From the NCBI GenBank assembly GCA_030054035.1, contig JASGCS010000001.1:149515-213514 (forward strand): DNA of 64,000 nucleotides, in the 5' to 3' direction. The notes under the pieces were generated by a model. It searched no databases. It had not been told where the DNA came from and saw nothing but the letters and a program-made list of their open reading frames with translations. Of this stretch, positions 61,190 through 64,000 are shown piece after piece. How positions within the stretch are numbered: the first letter of the stretch is position 1; the number at the start of each line of letters is the position of its first letter. The DNA is from Candidatus Methylacidiphilales bacterium. Lineage in GTDB: Bacteria; Pseudomonadota; Gammaproteobacteria; JASGCS01. A program made the translations under genes and the position numbers.

Positions 61190-61447
61190 TTACCGCGATT
61201 TCTTTTTCCAACGAGGTGCAAAACCAATGCACCATGTATAAAAACATGCTAGGAGTTTATTCATACCTCTTGAAATCATTGCCTGATAACACACTTGTTT
61301 AAATGCCTCCAAATCGTTACCTTGATAACACAATCTGCCATTTGCAAAACAAAGGCTGCAATAAACATCAGATTCTCTAATACCGGGATCTTTATTAAAA
61401 GGCATAAGGCAACTCTGGCAATTTTTTGAACAGTTTTCTTTATTCAT
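61190..61447 (-). CDS. Small zinc-ribbon domain protein
   Basis: CQSCLMPF...YCSLCF.NG, ends APRWK. Confidence 0.8.
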   Translation of the reverse strand: MNKENCSKNCQSCLMPFNKDPGIRESDVYCSLCFANGRLCYQGNDLEAFKQVCYQAMISRGMNKLLACFYTWCIGFAPRWKKKSR

Positions 61448-61470
61448 ACTATTATTATAAAGTAACCCCG

Positions 61471-62916
61471 TTAGATAATTTTTTTATACCGTTGTAGCGC
61501 CATGATCCGCGCTTGTGAATGTTCTATAATTGGAGTTGGCGGGCTATCAAAATAACTTTGTGGTAAATACGCTCTCAGATACTGTTGGTTTGGATCAAAT
61601 TTGTTAGCTTGAAGCAATGGATTAAATATTCTAATGGGTTTAGGGTCTGCCCCAACAGAGGCGCCCCATTGCCAACCACCAGTATTTGAAGACTCATCTA
61701 AATCAAGAAGCATAGCACGAAAATATTCTTGCCCCCACCTCCAGTCAATACCTAAATTTTTTGTAAGGATTGAAGAAACGATCATCCTACTGCGATTATG
61801 CATTGTTCCGGTTTGAGCTAGTTCATGCATCGCAGCATCTACAATTGGATACCCAGTAAGACCTTGTATCCAAGCTACAAATCGTGAGTGCGCTTCATCG
61901 CCAGAAAGCCATTTCATGGTGCGAAACTTTTCTTGGAATGGCGCTGTGTGTAATTGAGGGTAGTGTAAGTGAAGATATCGATAAAACTCCCTCCAAATTA
62001 ACTCAGTAATAAATATTTGCGCTCCAAGCTCACTTGTAACAGGATATTTGAAATCACTTTGAAATTTAAGACGAAGCTCGTTAATAATTATTCTTGAGGA
62101 TAGCAAACCCCATGCCAGAGCAATCGATAATTTAGAAGTGTATGATTTGCCCAAAAAATCTCTTTTTTCATGGTATACATCAATAGAATTTGAAATATAT
62201 TTTTTTAACCATCTCAAGGCGTCATCGTCATTGTGGTAAAAGAGATTGTACTGTTTAGGTAGTGATAATACAGTATCTAAATTATAACTTTGATCGCCGA
62301 CCTTTAATAGTCTAGATTGTGAACATTGATTGAGTATTTTATTTGGCTCGCATTGTTTAAATACAGAGTCCAATGGCTCTTCAAAGTAAGTAGTTGCACT
62401 TAGCTTAGGTGATTGAATAATTGTGGCGCTACAAAATTCTTGCCAGACTTTATTCTTAAATGGTGTAAAAATAGAATAATACAACCCGTTCAAAGTGCGA
62501 GTTTCAGGCATTATGGTGAGAGCATCAACGCAGACATGGATAGGTATATTTGATTCGCGAAGTTTCTTAATTTGTGTATTAAAATCAGGATAGATATCAT
62601 CATTGACAAAAATAATACAATTGTATTGCGCGACTAATAATTTAATAACATGAGTTGCTTTGCCGATAAGAACGATAAATCTCTTAAATTTATTAGCAAA
62701 TTGCGATACAAAAGTACCAATGACAAACCGCGATGGGTAGCCACACTGCTCATCTGCATGTGCATTGACCATATAGTCTTCTAAAATAAATATTGGTAAA
62801 AATAACATTTGATGGTCGTGGGCATATTTACACGCATAAAAGAGCGCAGGATTATCAAATACTCTAAAATCTCTTCGGCACCAGTAAATAACTACATTTT
62901 TTTTCATACAAACCAC
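61471..62916 (-). CDS. DNA photolyase/cryptochrome family protein (class I CPD photolyase-like)
   Basis: YWCRRDFRVFDNPAL, TSKLS, ELIWREFY, GYPIVDAAM..MHNRSRM, IDWRWG, SNTGGWQW, RIFNP. Confidence 0.93.
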   Translation of the reverse strand: MVCMKKNVVIYWCRRDFRVFDNPALFYACKYAHDHQMLFLPIFILEDYMVNAHADEQCGYPSRFVIGTFVSQFANKFKRFIVLIGKATHVIKLLVAQYNCIIFVNDDIYPDFNTQIKKLRESNIPIHVCVDALTIMPETRTLNGLYYSIFTPFKNKVWQEFCSATIIQSPKLSATTYFEEPLDSVFKQCEPNKILNQCSQSRLLKVGDQSYNLDTVLSLPKQYNLFYHNDDDALRWLKKYISNSIDVYHEKRDFLGKSYTSKLSIALAWGLLSSRIIINELRLKFQSDFKYPVTSELGAQIFITELIWREFYRYLHLHYPQLHTAPFQEKFRTMKWLSGDEAHSRFVAWIQGLTGYPIVDAAMHELAQTGTMHNRSRMIVSSILTKNLGIDWRWGQEYFRAMLLDLDESSNTGGWQWGASVGADPKPIRIFNPLLQANKFDPNQQYLRAYLPQSYFDSPPTPIIEHSQARIMALQRYKKII

Positions 62917-62981
62917 TGAGCTAGTATTTTAATATGTTAAAAAGCAGTGTGCTAAAATGACTACAGAATCTATAATTTGTA

Positions 62982-64000
62982 ATGATCAATAATCCACAAT
63001 TTGGAAAATACCATGTTCTTGAGAAAATTGGTAAAGGCGCTATGGGCGAGGTATGGCTGGCTAAGGATCCTGATATCAATCGTGCTGTTGCCATTAAAAC
63101 AATCCTTAAAAACGAAAACGAATCGCAAAGCAATCTCATGTATGAAGACATGCTCGCCCGTTTTAAAAACGAAGCGAGAATTGCCGCACTCTGCTCTCAT
63201 CCTTCAATGGTGACAATCTATGAACTAAATGTACAGCCTCCAACTCCCTATTTAGTCATGGAGTATGTTTCGGGAAAAGGTCTTAGAGATTTGATCAAAG
63301 AAAAATCCCTTTCCTTACGAGAGGTAAATTCAATTTTTCACCAGCTCCTTATGGGCGTTTCTGCTTTTCATGACACCAACATTGTGCACCGAGACCTTAA
63401 ACCAGGAAATATCATTGTAACTGAAAAATTACTAGTTAAAATTACAGATTTTGGAATAGCCCTAAATAGAAATACGTTAGTTGATTTAGAAATCGATGAG
63501 GGAGTTCCGACTCATGAGTTAACTAAAATTGGGACTACGGTAGGAACTCCGCGATACATGCCAATAGAACAAACTACAGACTCTAAAGTGGATCAGCGCG
63601 CTGACCTCTACGCGCTAACCGTGATGCTCTATGATTTACTTTGCAACTGCAAACTTCCCAGTGGGATTGCTTACACTACTTTACAAGAACAGCCTCAGCT
63701 TTTTTACACACATCAATCTGTCAAAAATGATTTGCCTATTCCTGTTGCGTTTGCATCGTTACTTTTAAAAGGATTAGCTATCAATGTAAACCAGCGAATT
63801 GCTCATGCTGAAGAATATTTATCACTGTATAAACATTCAGTTGAGACATTTAATATCCACCTAAAAGAAATTAGAAAAAAACAAGACATGGATGATATTT
63901 CCATACTCACCAATGATAATTTTCATTCATTAACATTTAATTCGCCGGTTAATAACTCACCTTCAAGAAACGATAGCCAATTTACAGATATAGTAAAAAG
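62982..64000 (+). CDS. Hanks-type Ser/Thr protein kinase, 3'-truncated by window edge (absent from the ORF track)
   Basis: Hand translation MINNPQFGKYHVLEKIGKGAMGEVWLA..VAIK..RFKNEARI..LVMEYV..HRDLKPGN..KITDFGIA..GTPRYM..DQRADLY; no stop before 64000. Confidence 0.93.
   Translation, partial: MINNPQFGKYHVLEKIGKGAMGEVWLAKDPDINRAVAIKTILKNENESQSNLMYEDMLARFKNEARIAALCSHPSMVTIYELNVQPPTPYLVMEYVSGKGLRDLIKEKSLSLREVNSIFHQLLMGVSAFHDTNIVHRDLKPGNIIVTEKLLVKITDFGIALNRNTLVDLEIDEGVPTHELTKIGTTVGTPRYMPIEQTTDSKVDQRADLYALTVMLYDLLCNCKLPSGIAYTTLQEQPQLFYTHQSVKNDLPIPVAFASLLLKGLAINVNQRIAHAEEYLSLYKHSVETFNIHLKEIRKKQDMDDISILTNDNFHSLTFNSPVNNSPSRNDSQFTDIVK

Noticed and set aside
62921-63213. Three short ORFs (76, 76 and 70 aa)
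   Set aside because: Shadow frames of the Ser/Thr kinase starting at 62982

Overview
AT-rich, tightly packed chromosomal segment whose core genes and gene order look gammaproteobacterial, with many overlapping or coupled genes and strongly diverged, sometimes shortened proteins. Taxonomy is inferred, not shown. Bases 1-54200 are mostly housekeeping: ribBX/ribH/nusB/thiL/pgpA, maf-rpmF-plsX-fabH, a long minus-strand run grpE-dnaK-dnaJ-dapB-fabD-fabG-acpP-fabF-pabB-pabC-mltG-pilZ-RR-tmk-holB-RR-uvrC-pgsA-tRNA(Gly,Cys,Leu), ispG, tRNA-Arg, moxR-DUF58-transglutaminase, iscS, ppsA, infA, clpA, icd, coaX, fpr, gloB, glnS and prs-rplY-pth-ychF-moeB-DUF1015. Two accessory blocks sit at tRNA 3' ends. 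The first is a 902-aa thrombospondin-type-3-repeat surface protein plus an OafA-type acyltransferase next to tRNA-Thr. The second begins at tRNA-Ser(CGA) (54231) and contains a Vsr-like remnant, a coupled two-gene module (ParB/Srx-like + HEPN-like protein and a Dam-family adenine methyltransferase) between imperfect inverted repeats, a ~330-nt GC-rich multi-hairpin element, then DUF2177/DUF1295/SOUL, TMEM175, an alkylation-repair protein, a photolyase and a Ser/Thr kinase running off the window. The best candidate for a novel system is the ParB-HEPN + MTase module (putative antiphage defence) with its flanking structured DNA. No CRISPR array, rRNA, integrase or transposase was seen. All family calls come from motif recognition by eye; no searches were run.
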